Shown in pieces: positions 1-9,368 of a stretch of DNA of 32,000 nt. How positions within the stretch are numbered: the first letter of the stretch is position 1; each line of letters begins with the position of its first letter. Where the stretch lies: positions 223,103-255,102 of the forward strand of contig DXJG01000002.1 of assembly GCA_019056805.1 (NCBI GenBank), written 5' to 3'. The notes beneath the pieces are model-generated. The model did no database searches. It was given only the letters and a program-made list of their open reading frames with translations, and was not told the origin of the DNA. Origin of the DNA: Candidatus Baldrarchaeota archaeon. GTDB taxonomy: Archaea; Asgardarchaeota; Baldrarchaeia; Baldrarchaeales; DXJG01. Position numbers and translations under genes: made by a program.

Positions 1-61
1 TTAATTTCAGAATATATAAAGGCCAAAAAGCGAGGAATTGCACAATTTTAATTTAGGTGTG

Positions 62-1207
62 ATGAAATTGAAGCTTGTTAAAATTATGAGAATAATATCA
101 GCAACAATGCTGCTCTATTCAATGTATTTGATCTTAAAGTATTCACCTGAAGATATTTGGAATCTAAGTTATACTTATGCTTGGTTTTCCTTTCTTCGCT
201 CCTCGATAATCTTTTTCTTATATCTTTTCCTTCTTTATCTCTCATTTTTTTCCTTCTTTTTTGTATACATCTTCACTCAAGAAATTCCAAATACATTTTA
301 CGTAGGTCAATTACTATTTCAGGGCTATTTCCAAAAAATATTAAATGCACCAACATTGGAAACTAGCATCGATATAAAAACGATATTAAAACCAGCATAT
401 GTATTCTCAGTACAAATAATAGTTGTTTTTATGATTCTTAGTTTTATTTTGTTTTTATTTAGATGTGACTATTCTAACGCCTACAAGGTTACGCTTTTCG
501 AAGGAAGCCTTCTCTTTCTCTATAAACTCGGTGAATTTTTGAAATTTATCAATCCACTATGGGAAGAACATTCTCTCTTAACGATGTCCATATGGAGTTT
601 TATTACAAACCCTCTTATACATAATCTTCTTGCAGTTTACATCGCTTTTGATTTAGCTCTCCAAACATCTTATGTACGCAGCGTCTTTTCACTACAAATC
701 AGAAAAGGTAGTAAACTTGAAGAACAAATAGAAGAATCGCAAACAAGAGAAGAAGCACCAGTAAGTAGCCTTTCAATGTTTATGGCTAAAAGATTTTTAA
801 CATCGGACGTTATTCAGTATTTACGAGAGATTGTAGAAAAACGTTTTTCTCGCAAGCGAAAAGAATTAACAAAAGGCATAGATTCAACAAGACTTAAAAT
901 ATTCTTAGAAAATCTTTACCAAATGGATCCAGAGGCAAAATCATCCCTAGAAGCTGAAGTGACATTTCCATCAGAAAGAAAAACACTTATCTCTATAGCA
1001 TTAAGTACTCTTTATCGACTACTTGCATTAATTGTCTTATCTTATATAGCAATTCATCCACAACTCATTTTCTCATTTTTAGGCGCTCCAGAACCGATAA
1101 TCCGAAGCTTAGAATTATTACAACCTGAAGCGATACTTTTAATTTTGCTTCCCCTACTCTTAACAACAGTATTAATAGGACTATTGCTTCCTACGAGAAA
1201 GGATTAA
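62..1207 (+). CDS. Uncharacterised multi-pass membrane protein
   Basis: Long ORF (track start TTG 38; ATG 62 or TTG 68 follow AGGTG at 55-59). Hydrophobic N-terminal block of about 5-6 helices, charged central segment, then 2-3 C-terminal hydrophobic helices. No recognisable family motif. Confidence 0.8.
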   Translation: MKLKLVKIMRIISATMLLYSMYLILKYSPEDIWNLSYTYAWFSFLRSSIIFFLYLFLLYLSFFSFFFVYIFTQEIPNTFYVGQLLFQGYFQKILNAPTLETSIDIKTILKPAYVFSVQIIVVFMILSFILFLFRCDYSNAYKVTLFEGSLLFLYKLGEFLKFINPLWEEHSLLTMSIWSFITNPLIHNLLAVYIAFDLALQTSYVRSVFSLQIRKGSKLEEQIEESQTREEAPVSSLSMFMAKRFLTSDVIQYLREIVEKRFSRKRKELTKGIDSTRLKIFLENLYQMDPEAKSSLEAEVTFPSERKTLISIALSTLYRLLALIVLSYIAIHPQLIFSFLGAPEPIIRSLELLQPEAILLILLPLLLTTVLIGLLLPTRKD

Positions 1208-1389
1208 AATACTAATCAAAAAGACAATCTATTCATAAGCGAGAACGATTTTATTTTAAAAAACTGTAAATTAAGAATCGACATAGGTCAATCCTAAATT
1301 CACATAACATTTATAAGTCAAAGTACATCTTTACGCTTTAGCTTTTAAGCTTCAATATTCATGGAGATTGTTTTAACTAGGTGAGCTTC

Positions 1390-1995
1390 ATGAGTGAAAT
1401 TAAACTCTTTGGAAAATGGAACTACGATGGCATAGAAGTATCAGATCCAGGACTAAAAAGATACATTTGCTTAAAACCAGTATATATACCGCATACTGGA
1501 GGAAGACACGAACATAAAAAGTTCGGTAAAGCAGAAGTGCCAATTGTAGAAAGACTAATTAACAAACTTATGAACCCAGGGCTTGCGAAAGGAAAGGGAG
1601 GAAAAGTACTTAAACACGGTAGATGTGCAGGCAAAAAACACAAAGCTTACAACATCGTAAAAACAGCATTCGAGATAATACACCTAAAAACAGGTGAAAA
1701 CCCTATACAAGTTTTAATCAGAGCTATTGAAAACGCTGCACCAAGAGAAGAAACAACAACAGTAGCCTACGGAGGAATTAGATACCACTTAGCGGTTGAC
1801 GTTGCACCACAGCGTAGAGTAGACCTAGCACTAAGATTCATAGTACAAGGAGCTGCAAGAGCCGCTTTCAATAATCCAAAACCTATAGAGGAATGTTTAG
1901 CAGACGAAATAATTCTTGCATCGAAAAACGATCCAAAGAGCCACGCAATAAGAAGAAAAGAGGAGATAGAAAGAATAGCGTTATCAGCTCGATAA
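1390..1995 (+). CDS. rps7: 30S ribosomal protein uS7 (archaeal S7)
   Basis: [68 protein letters not shown] are uS7/S5e motifs. RBS GGTGA lies 5 nt before ATG 1390. Confidence 0.97.
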   Translation: MSEIKLFGKWNYDGIEVSDPGLKRYICLKPVYIPHTGGRHEHKKFGKAEVPIVERLINKLMNPGLAKGKGGKVLKHGRCAGKKHKAYNIVKTAFEIIHLKTGENPIQVLIRAIENAAPREETTTVAYGGIRYHLAVDVAPQRRVDLALRFIVQGAARAAFNNPKPIEECLADEIILASKNDPKSHAIRRKEEIERIALSAR

Positions 1996-2038
1996 ACAAC
2001 TATTCTACAATACTTGCTTTTCCCATTTTAACATGATT

Positions 2039-2839
2039 CTATTTTGATAAAGTATTGTTATCTTCGTTTGGCTCTTTCCAAATAACAATTCTCCCTTTTT
2101 GCCAATCACGTAGAATAATCTTTGCTATTTCCTCTACATCAGGTATTCCGCCTTTTAACAGTCGTCCACGCTTTATTGCTAATTTTTCTAAAAAATCGAT
2201 ATCATCACTTGGTTCTATGCCGTAGACTTTTACCAGCTGATCCGGATCTTTCTCCTTAATAAACTTTAAGAGTTCCAAAGCTTGAGTAACTGGGTCCTCG
2301 ATTTTTTCCACTTCTAAAGCGCTCTTAAGCATTAATGACATTTCATCTTCGGGTGGATATACACCAGGAGTATCTAAAATTAAAATTTTAGGGCTTATTC
2401 GGAAGAGTTGACTGTGTTTAGTGAATCCTGGAATTGGACTTGTAGCAGCACTATGTTTTCCTTTTAAAACATTAATTATTGAACTTTTCCCAACATTAGG
2501 ATATCCTACTAGAGCAACTTTGACAGGTATTTTTGGAGCATATTTTAAAATTGTTTTTCTTAGAATTCTAGTTCCATGTCTATCTTTTGAACTCATATAC
2601 ACGGTAGGATATTCTTTTTCTAATTTTTTCTTCCATTTTTCCACTATTTCCCTTGGTACAAGGTCGGTCTTATTTATTACAAGGATAAGCTTCTTCCCTT
2701 GTTTAGTAACAATCTGTTCTATTTTCTTATTTCTGAAACTTTCAGGGTCTCTAGAATCTAAAATTTCAAGTACAATATCTGCTTCTTCTATAACTTTAAA
2801 AACAGCTTTCCGTGTCCTTTTATTTGGTAATATTTTCAT
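2039..2839 (-). CDS. Circularly permuted ribosome-biogenesis GTPase (RbgA/YlqF family)
   Basis: G4 NKTD precedes G1 GYPNVGKSS, G2 T (PGFTK) and G3 DTPG; C-terminal ILRDWQKG. Start set at ATG 2839 downstream of GGTGGAG rather than the track start 2887. Confidence 0.93.
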   Translation of the reverse strand: MKILPNKRTRKAVFKVIEEADIVLEILDSRDPESFRNKKIEQIVTKQGKKLILVINKTDLVPREIVEKWKKKLEKEYPTVYMSSKDRHGTRILRKTILKYAPKIPVKVALVGYPNVGKSSIINVLKGKHSAATSPIPGFTKHSQLFRISPKILILDTPGVYPPEDEMSLMLKSALEVEKIEDPVTQALELLKFIKEKDPDQLVKVYGIEPSDDIDFLEKLAIKRGRLLKGGIPDVEEIAKIILRDWQKGRIVIWKEPNEDNNTLSK

Positions 2840-2907
2840 AAGTAGATACTCCACCGATTGTATATTACTAAAAGCAAGGAAAGCCAAACTATCTTATTTT
2901 TGTAATT

Positions 2908-3144
2908 TTAGGTATGAAAATCTTCTTTAAGTAATTCAGCCATTTCTTGCCAGATTTTAAGTGTTTCTTCAGCTTCTTTTTTCTCTATTTTTTGGATAGC
3001 AAAACCTACATGGATTAAGACATAGTCTCCTACCTTTACGTTATCGACTAAGGATAAGCTTACTTCTCTGCGAATTCCTCCAAAATCTACGATCCCTTTG
3101 TCTCCTTTTATTTCCAAAACCTTCGCTGGTACCGCTAAACACAC
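2908..3144 (-). CDS. hypC: [NiFe]-hydrogenase maturation chaperone HypC
   Basis: N-terminal MCLAVP, VDFGG..REV, GDYVL.HVGFA, EAEETL; 78 aa; RBS GGTGA upstream of GTG. Confidence 0.96.
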   Translation of the reverse strand: MCLAVPAKVLEIKGDKGIVDFGGIRREVSLSLVDNVKVGDYVLIHVGFAIQKIEKKEAEETLKIWQEMAELLKEDFHT

Positions 3145-3363
3145 AATAATTCACCTTTTCTCCGGATATTTCTCTTCGAATATTGTATAAAATCTTTGTA
3201 ATTTAAATTTAGCAGTTATATTTATCAATAATTACCTTTGAGTTTTATAACCGTAAAACTCTCATTGCCAAGTATTCTTTGAGTATAAAATAGTTCTTCG
3301 TTTATTTGTTAATAATGATTTTTTTATCTTACCTTTGTCGAAACTACAACCAATAGTTGAGTA

Positions 3364-3377
3364 GAAACCTTTAATAA
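3364..3377 (+). promoter_or_regulatory. Candidate BRE-TATA promoter of the HMGS-thiolase-DUF35 operon
   Basis: GAAACCTTTAATAA; the same GAAACCTTTAA core precedes the Lrp gene at 8074. Confidence 0.5.
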
Positions 3378-3438
3378 CCTATTATACACCTCCATTGAAT
3401 ACATACTAATATTTTACTTCTGTTTGGAGAGGACATGT

Positions 3439-4479
3439 ATGACTAAAGAAGCTGGTATAATAGGGTATGGAGCTTACATACCAATATATAGGATCAAAGC
3501 ACAGGAAATAGCAAGAATGTGGGGCAACAATAACGGCCATGTACCAATAATGGAAAAAGCAGTGGCAGGAATCGATGAAGACCTTGTAACAATAGCTGTT
3601 GAAGCAGCAAAATACGCTATAAGAAGAGCAAAAATAGATCCAAGAGAAATAGGAGCTGTATATGTCGGTACCGAAAGCAAACCCTACGCAGTTAAGCCAT
3701 CTGGTACTATCGTGGCAGAAGCGATAGGAGCAACACCACTTGTAGTAACAGCAGATTTCGAATTTGCATGTAAGGCTGGAACAGAAGCATTCCATGCATG
3801 CATGGATCACGTCTTAGCTGGAAGAATGAAATACGCAATGGCTATAGGTGCTGATACAGCTCAAGGTCGTCCTGGAGACCAATTAGAATATACAGCAGCA
3901 TCAGGAGGAGCAGCTTTCATCTTTACTAAGAAATCAGATAAAACACTAGCCTATTGTGAAGGTGCAGTTTCATTCGTTACGGATACTCCAGACTTTTGGA
4001 GGAGAGCGCATGAACATTATCCTATGCACGCTGAAAGATTCACCGGGAAACCAGCTTATTTTCACCACATAGTAAGTTCAGTGAAAACTTTAATGGAGAC
4101 TACGGGACTAAGACCAAGCGACTTTAAATATGCCGTATTCCACCAACCCAATGCCAAATTCCCAGTAAAAGTTGCAAAGATGCTAGGATTCACACTAGAT
4201 CAAATAAAACCTGGACTACTATCTCCTGAAATAGGAAATTGTTATGCAGGTTCATCTCTCGTGGGATTCGCAGCAACCCTAGACGTAGCAAATCCAGACG
4301 ACAGGATACTTTTAGCATCGTACGGCTCTGGAGCTGGAAGTGATGCATTCAGTTTTGTCGTTCAAGACACAATTTTAGAGAAAAGAAACCCTATACCATC
4401 GGTTAGAAGCTTAATTAGCGAGAGAAAATATATAGACTACTCAATGTATGTAAAGTTCAGAGGAAAGATAAGGGCGTGA
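3439..4479 (+). CDS. mvaS: Hydroxymethylglutaryl-CoA synthase (archaeal type)
   Basis: Catalytic residues present: Glu (GTESKPY), Cys (FACKAGT), His (FHQPN); also [10 protein letters not shown]. First gene of the canonical archaeal trio. ATG 3439 follows GAGAGGA. Confidence 0.95.
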   Translation: MTKEAGIIGYGAYIPIYRIKAQEIARMWGNNNGHVPIMEKAVAGIDEDLVTIAVEAAKYAIRRAKIDPREIGAVYVGTESKPYAVKPSGTIVAEAIGATPLVVTADFEFACKAGTEAFHACMDHVLAGRMKYAMAIGADTAQGRPGDQLEYTAASGGAAFIFTKKSDKTLAYCEGAVSFVTDTPDFWRRAHEHYPMHAERFTGKPAYFHHIVSSVKTLMETTGLRPSDFKYAVFHQPNAKFPVKVAKMLGFTLDQIKPGLLSPEIGNCYAGSSLVGFAATLDVANPDDRILLASYGSGAGSDAFSFVVQDTILEKRNPIPSVRSLISERKYIDYSMYVKFRGKIRA

Positions 4480-4485
4480 GTTAAT

Positions 4486-5643
4486 TTGAGAAAAGTCGCT
4501 GTCATTGCTGTCGGTTATACAAAGGTTAGTGAGCATTGGAATTTATCGATAAGAGAGTTGTTTACAGAAGCAGCGTTAATGGCTTTAAACGAAGCAAACA
4601 TCGACCAAATAGATGCACTTTACATAGGGAATATGTTTTCTGGATACTGTCAACATCAAGAACACTTAGGAGTGTTAATGGCTGACTATATTGGTTTAAA
4701 ATCACCTCCAGCTGTAAAAATAGAAGCAGCGGGCGCATCAGGTGGGATGGCATTAAGAGAAGGTGTGCAAGCAGTTGCATCTGGGCTTCATGACCTCGTT
4801 GTTGTAGGTGGAGTTGAAAAAATGACAGATGTGTTATCGCCAGACATAACCTCCGCGTTAGCCATGGCAACAGACCAAGAATACGAAGCCTTCATAGGAG
4901 CAACCTTTGTTGCTTTAAATGCCATGGTTAAAAGAGCATACCAACATAAATATGGAGTTTCAGACGAATTAATAGCAACACTGCCAGTACACTGTCATGA
5001 AATGGCGTCAAAAAACCCCTATGCACAGCATCCATTTAAAATAACCGTGGAACAGGTTTTATCATCACCCTTCATCGCGGAACCATTAAGACTTCTTGAA
5101 TGCTCACCTGTCGGTGACGGAGCCGCAGTGTTAATGCTTTGCCCACTAGAAAAAGCTAAAAACTTCACAGATGCTCCCATCGAGATTGCGGGGATGGGTG
5201 CAGCGACTGATACTATCGCACTTTACCAGAGAGATGACTTGACCACATTTAAAGCAACTATCGAGGCAGCCGAAATAGCCTATAAAATGGCACATATAAA
5301 GCCCGACGATGTTGATGTAGCGGAAATTCACGATGCTTTCAGCATAACTGGTATAATATCCCTTGAAGACCTTGGATTTTTCGAAAAAGGAAAAGCAGCA
5401 GAAGCTGTTTCAGAGGGACAAATAGCGCCAGGAGGAAAAGTAGCAGTAAACACTTTTGGGGGATTAAAAGCCAGAGGCCACCCAGTAGGTGCAACGGGAG
5501 TATATCAGGCAGTTGAAGTAGTGAAGCAACTACGAGGGGACGCCGGGAAAAACCAAGTTGATGGTGCTGAAATAGGTTTGACACAAAATGTTGGAGGAGT
5601 TGGCGGAACGGTAACTGTTCACATATTCAGGAGGTTAGGATAA
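4486..5643 (+). CDS. Thiolase-family protein (acetyl-CoA acetyltransferase position of the mevalonate cluster); nucleophilic Cys replaced by Gly
   Basis: VVGGVEKM, CSPVGDGAA, EIHDAF, GHPVGATG, N.GG.G motifs; the EAAC(A)S motif reads EAAGAS. Sits between HMGS and DUF35. Confidence 0.92.
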   Translation: MRKVAVIAVGYTKVSEHWNLSIRELFTEAALMALNEANIDQIDALYIGNMFSGYCQHQEHLGVLMADYIGLKSPPAVKIEAAGASGGMALREGVQAVASGLHDLVVVGGVEKMTDVLSPDITSALAMATDQEYEAFIGATFVALNAMVKRAYQHKYGVSDELIATLPVHCHEMASKNPYAQHPFKITVEQVLSSPFIAEPLRLLECSPVGDGAAVLMLCPLEKAKNFTDAPIEIAGMGAATDTIALYQRDDLTTFKATIEAAEIAYKMAHIKPDDVDVAEIHDAFSITGIISLEDLGFFEKGKAAEAVSEGQIAPGGKVAVNTFGGLKARGHPVGATGVYQAVEVVKQLRGDAGKNQVDGAEIGLTQNVGGVGGTVTVHIFRRLG

Positions 5644-6036
5644 ATGTCTGTGCCAAGACACTGGAGGGAAATTCCGAAACGTTATAGATTAATTGGAAGT
5701 AAATGTTCAAATTGTGGAAGAACATATTTCCCGCCAAGGAACGTATGTAGAGAATGCGGAACCACAAAATTAGAGGAAGTAAAACTAAGTGAAACAGGAA
5801 GAATCATTACCTGGTCAGTTGTACATGAACCACCTCGGGGATTTGAAAGGTATGTTCCATATGTTATTGCTATAGTTGAATTAGATGATGGTACTAGGTT
5901 GATGTCTCAAATAACTGATTGCGAACCAGAAGAATTACAAATTGGAACAAGGGTTCATGCTGTTTTCCGTAAAATAAGAGAGGAAGGAGAAAGTGGAATA
6001 ATTTATTATGGATACAAATTTAAACCCATTAAATGA
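5644..6036 (+). CDS. DUF35 Zn-ribbon/OB-fold scaffold protein
   Basis: CSNCG...FPPRNVCREC zinc ribbon followed by an OB fold (PYVIAIVELDDG, YGYKF). ATG directly follows the thiolase TAA. Confidence 0.95.
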   Translation: MSVPRHWREIPKRYRLIGSKCSNCGRTYFPPRNVCRECGTTKLEEVKLSETGRIITWSVVHEPPRGFERYVPYVIAIVELDDGTRLMSQITDCEPEELQIGTRVHAVFRKIREEGESGIIYYGYKFKPIK

Positions 6037-6191
6037 ATTTTCTTAGTCTTCTTTTCTAATTTTATCTACTCATATTGTTATTTATTTTCATTAGATTTAT
6101 CAAGAAAACTGCATCTACTTAAGATTGGCTAAAATTTAAAAACATGTAAAAATTTTATTCAACAGTAATCGTTAATCCAAAGGTGTCCCAA

Positions 6192-6509
6192 TTGGTGAAA
6201 GTTAAAGTAAAACTTTTCGCTTCCTTCAGAGAATTGATAGGCACAGGGATTGTTATCCTAAATAAATCTCAAGAACTAACAGTATTAGATGTAATAAAAG
6301 AAATCTCTAAACAATATAACCCTAATTTCGAAAAAGAAATTTTAAAAAATTCAAAAGAATTAAAACCTTACGTAAAAATCCTCGTTAATGGTAGATCCAT
6401 TGAATTTCTTAACGGTCTAAATACAAAATTAAAGAATGAAGACACCGTGGCAATATTTCCACCGGTTGGAGGCGGTTCACAGAGAAATTATTTACAAAAT
6501 TCAACATAA
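6192..6509 (+). CDS. MoaD/ThiS/SAMP-family ubiquitin-like protein with a 10-aa extension after the GGG motif
   Basis: VKVKLFA.FRE, ILVNG, L...D.VAIFPPVGGG beta-grasp pattern, then SQRNYLQNST before the stop. TTG 6192 lies 6 nt after GGTG. Confidence 0.9.
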   Translation: MVKVKVKLFASFRELIGTGIVILNKSQELTVLDVIKEISKQYNPNFEKEILKNSKELKPYVKILVNGRSIEFLNGLNTKLKNEDTVAIFPPVGGGSQRNYLQNST

Positions 6510-6525
6510 ACTATGAGGGATTTCC

Positions 6526-7185
6526 GTGAGTTCGCAGCGTTTTAAAGTCGTCGTATTTGACATGGACGGTACGCTAGTAGAAGAATCCAGTTGTTGGGAA
6601 ACACTTCATAAATATTTTGGGGCAAATCCTCAATTAGTTAGGAAAAATATGGAAGATTACTTAACAGGTAGGATAAATTACTGCGAATGGATGCGTAGAG
6701 ATCTCCTTCTCTGGAAACGAAATAACAAATTACCACACATCTCTGAAATAAAGACGGCTTTACAGAATTATAAAATTATAAAAGGAGCATACGAAACAGT
6801 GCAAGAGTTAAAAAAACGAGGATATATAACGGCTATTGTTACAAGTGGACTAGATGTATTGGCCAAAGAAGTTGCAAAAAAATTAAACATTGACTACACA
6901 TACGCCAACAGTTTTGAAACCGATGAAAACGGATATTTAACAGAAAAAGTTAAATGTAAAGTAAAACTTCTCGAAAAAGACAAAAATTTAAAGGATTTAT
7001 CAAAAAAATTAAAAATTCCCCTTTCAGCTTTCATTGCAATAGGAGACACATGGTTCGATCTTAGCATGCTTCAAGTAGCAGGTCTTAGCATAGCATTTAA
7101 CCCAAAGGATGAAGAAATTAGAAAAAAGGCAAGCATAGTAATTGAAAACAAAAACCTCACCGAAATTCTCAAATATATACCATAA
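6526..7185 (+). CDS. HAD-superfamily phosphatase (phosphoserine phosphatase-like)
   Basis: Motif I DMDGTL, motif II VTSG, motif III K, motif IV GDTWFD.SM. Confidence 0.88.
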   Translation: MSSQRFKVVVFDMDGTLVEESSCWETLHKYFGANPQLVRKNMEDYLTGRINYCEWMRRDLLLWKRNNKLPHISEIKTALQNYKIIKGAYETVQELKKRGYITAIVTSGLDVLAKEVAKKLNIDYTYANSFETDENGYLTEKVKCKVKLLEKDKNLKDLSKKLKIPLSAFIAIGDTWFDLSMLQVAGLSIAFNPKDEEIRKKASIVIENKNLTEILKYIP

Positions 7186-7207
7186 AAACCTAGATTCTAT
7201 CCTAAAG

Positions 7208-8014
7208 CTAAAAATTAGAATGCACAACCTTAACTCTTTTATAAACTTCTTCTCTTCTATCAGACAATACAGTAATTTTTCTTCTAACATCATCAATAAG
7301 ATCTAAATCAATAACACCAACCATTACATTTTCTATACGACCAGCTCCAGCAATAACATCACCTAGAGGGTTCACAATCAAACTTCCACCACCATATACC
7401 TTATCCTCGCCCGGACCAACACGATTTACAGCCACATGAAAAACTTGATTCTCAACCGCTCTCGCCTTAGCCAGAAGCATAAAATGATCAACTCTTTCCA
7501 AGGGAAAAGCAGCTAAAGAGAAAATAATTTTTGCACCATTCAATGTTAACGCTCTAGAAATTTCTGGAAACCTAATCTCATAACAAATTTGCAAACCTAC
7601 TCTATATTTTCCAATGTTAACCACAAATAATGTATCACCGCTACTAAAATGATCTTTCTCTTCTTGAAACAGATGAGTTTTCCTATAAACACATAACACT
7701 TTTCCCTGAGGCCCGATTAACACAGCAGAATCAAATATTTTTCCCTCATACTTTTCAGCGATCCCAGCAATAACATAACTACCAAACTCTTCAGCAAAAT
7801 TAGAAAGAGCATTTACAGTTTCGCCTGGAATTTCTTCAGCAATCAAATTTAGGTGTGTATAATCAAAACCCGTATCAAAAAGTTCCGGAAGACAGAAAAA
7901 ATCAACCTCCCTCTCTTTATCAGCAACGGCCTTTAGAATATTTAAAGCTTTCATCAAGTTTTCTTTTTTCTTCCCATCTCTTAACTCAAGTTGTAAGCCA
8001 ACGATTTTTAGCAC
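7208..8014 (-). CDS. Carbon-nitrogen hydrolase (nitrilase family)
   Basis: Glu-Lys-Cys triad: LPELF, YRKTHL, ICYEIRFPE; also ARAVENQ. Start GTG 8014 or 8026. Confidence 0.93.
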   Translation of the reverse strand: MLKIVGLQLELRDGKKKENLMKALNILKAVADKEREVDFFCLPELFDTGFDYTHLNLIAEEIPGETVNALSNFAEEFGSYVIAGIAEKYEGKIFDSAVLIGPQGKVLCVYRKTHLFQEEKDHFSSGDTLFVVNIGKYRVGLQICYEIRFPEISRALTLNGAKIIFSLAAFPLERVDHFMLLAKARAVENQVFHVAVNRVGPGEDKVYGGGSLIVNPLGDVIAGAGRIENVMVGVIDLDLIDDVRRKITVLSDRREEVYKRVKVVHSNF

Positions 8015-8073
8015 TTTTAGGTACACCCCTAGTATTTTACATATTACAGATTTAATACGTCAAAAGTTATAGG

Positions 8074-8087
8074 GAAACCTTTAAAAT
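8074..8087 (+). promoter_or_regulatory. Candidate BRE-TATA promoter of the Lrp RAM-domain gene
   Basis: GAAACCTTTAAAAT about 50 nt upstream of ATG 8137; GGGAGG RBS downstream. Confidence 0.5.
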
Positions 8088-8136
8088 ATTATTTCATTAA
8101 AAAGCATAAGGTCTTAATCTAGGGAGGCTTTTCTCA

Positions 8137-8367
8137 ATGCCAACAATAACAGCGTTTGTATTAATCCTCGTGAAATCGGGAGAAGAGGACACGGTACTGG
8201 AAGAACTAAGAAAAATGAAAGAAGTGAAGGAAGCTAGAATAGTATATGGTCCTTGGGATTTAATATGTAGGATCGAAGTTGAACATATTAATCAGCTTCA
8301 AACATTCATTTACGAATTACGAAAAATACCAGGAGTTGAACAAACCACGACTCTAATATCCACATAA
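8137..8367 (+). CDS. Stand-alone Lrp/AsnC ligand-binding (RAM) domain protein, no HTH
   Basis: 76 aa; AFVLI.V, V.EA.IVYGPWDLI.RIE, IRKIPGVEQTTTLI-type pattern; RBS GGGAGG. Confidence 0.9.
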   Translation: MPTITAFVLILVKSGEEDTVLEELRKMKEVKEARIVYGPWDLICRIEVEHINQLQTFIYELRKIPGVEQTTTLIST

Positions 8368-8550
8368 CATTACTTCTTAAAAATGCTTTAACGGTAGTTT
8401 CTAAGTTTTCCTATATTCTAAACCCTATATACAATAAGGACTTAAATTTTCTAATAGAGTTTTAGCCAAAACGATAAATAAGAAAATCTTAGATAAAACC
8501 TGTGTTAAGTAAAACAGACGTTACAAGTAAACAGAATTTATCTCGAAAAC

Positions 8551-8889
8551 TCACATAAAATCTAGACCTGTTATTTTCTTCTTTTTCTCTTCACGTAATT
8601 CTTCCAACAAGTTTCTCAAGTTTTCTAAAAATTCCGGATTTATTCTCCACTCAGCAGTTTCTACACCAACTTTTTTCTGCAAAATTTCATTACCTACAAT
8701 ATTTTGAATCTGTTCAAGAGCCACGCCTACACCTACAATACCTATAAATTTTCTCACACTTCTTGCCGCTCTCCATAGATCAACTGTAGAATGCCAATCA
8801 CCATCAGAAAGAGCTTCAAGTATAGCTATTTTTGCATCATCCTTCGCTAACATTTCCCTAATTTTCTTAGCAGCGTCTTCGCTCAGCAT
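8551..8889 (-). CDS. Hypothetical protein, probable winged helix-turn-helix fold
   Basis: ATG 8889 lies 6 nt after GGTG. KIAILEALSDG.WHST.DL.R followed by helix and beta-hairpin (AEWRI) suggests wHTH; the fold is inferred. Confidence 0.7.
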   Translation of the reverse strand: MLSEDAAKKIREMLAKDDAKIAILEALSDGDWHSTVDLWRAARSVRKFIGIVGVGVALEQIQNIVGNEILQKKVGVETAEWRINPEFLENLRNLLEELREEKKKKITGLDFM

Positions 8890-9368
8890 GATTGTCACCA
8901 TTCAACATGTAACATTCATATTAAATTAACTCATGCACAAGAAAATAAAAGATACTATATGTCTTGTAGCAATACCATATATATTACTCTCACTAAGAAA
9001 CTATTAAATTTAATATCCAATTTAATTCTACCAAAAACTAGACAATAAAAAGATGTATATTGATACACTTAATCTTACTCCGTAATTTTTCTGGAAGTAA
9101 TTATCAATTTTCTAATAATTACCTTTAACTGGCAAATTTAAGCGACACTAAATAGACTGAACAATAAGCAGAGAACTACAAAACAAAAAGAACAAATAAT
9201 ATAATAAACATAGCATTACTTGAACCGAGCATCTACTATAAATGATAAAGATAAATTTCACTCACCAAATTTAAAAAGAAATTATAATTTCAGTACTTCA
9301 ACTCAAAATATAAACCCAAATGTATTTGTTATAGTATTTTGTGAAATAGTTGAGGAGTGGACTTTGTA

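Noticed and set aside
3240-3261. 8-bp inverted repeat GAGTTTTA-N6-TAAAACTC between hypC and HMGS
   Set aside because: A few repeats of this length are expected by chance in several kb of AT-rich intergenic DNA; no second copy was seen.
3227-9126. 13-nt AATAATTACCTTT shared by two intergenic regions (3227-3239 and 9114-9126)
   Set aside because: Almost all A/T, so chance matches of this length are likely; it may simply be promoter-like sequence.
9140-9265. Short hydrophobic minus-strand ORFs in the wHTH-tyw1 gap (e.g. MKFIFIIYSRCSVQVMLC...)
   Set aside because: T-rich DNA gives spurious hydrophobic peptides; RBS spacing is atypical and there is no other support.
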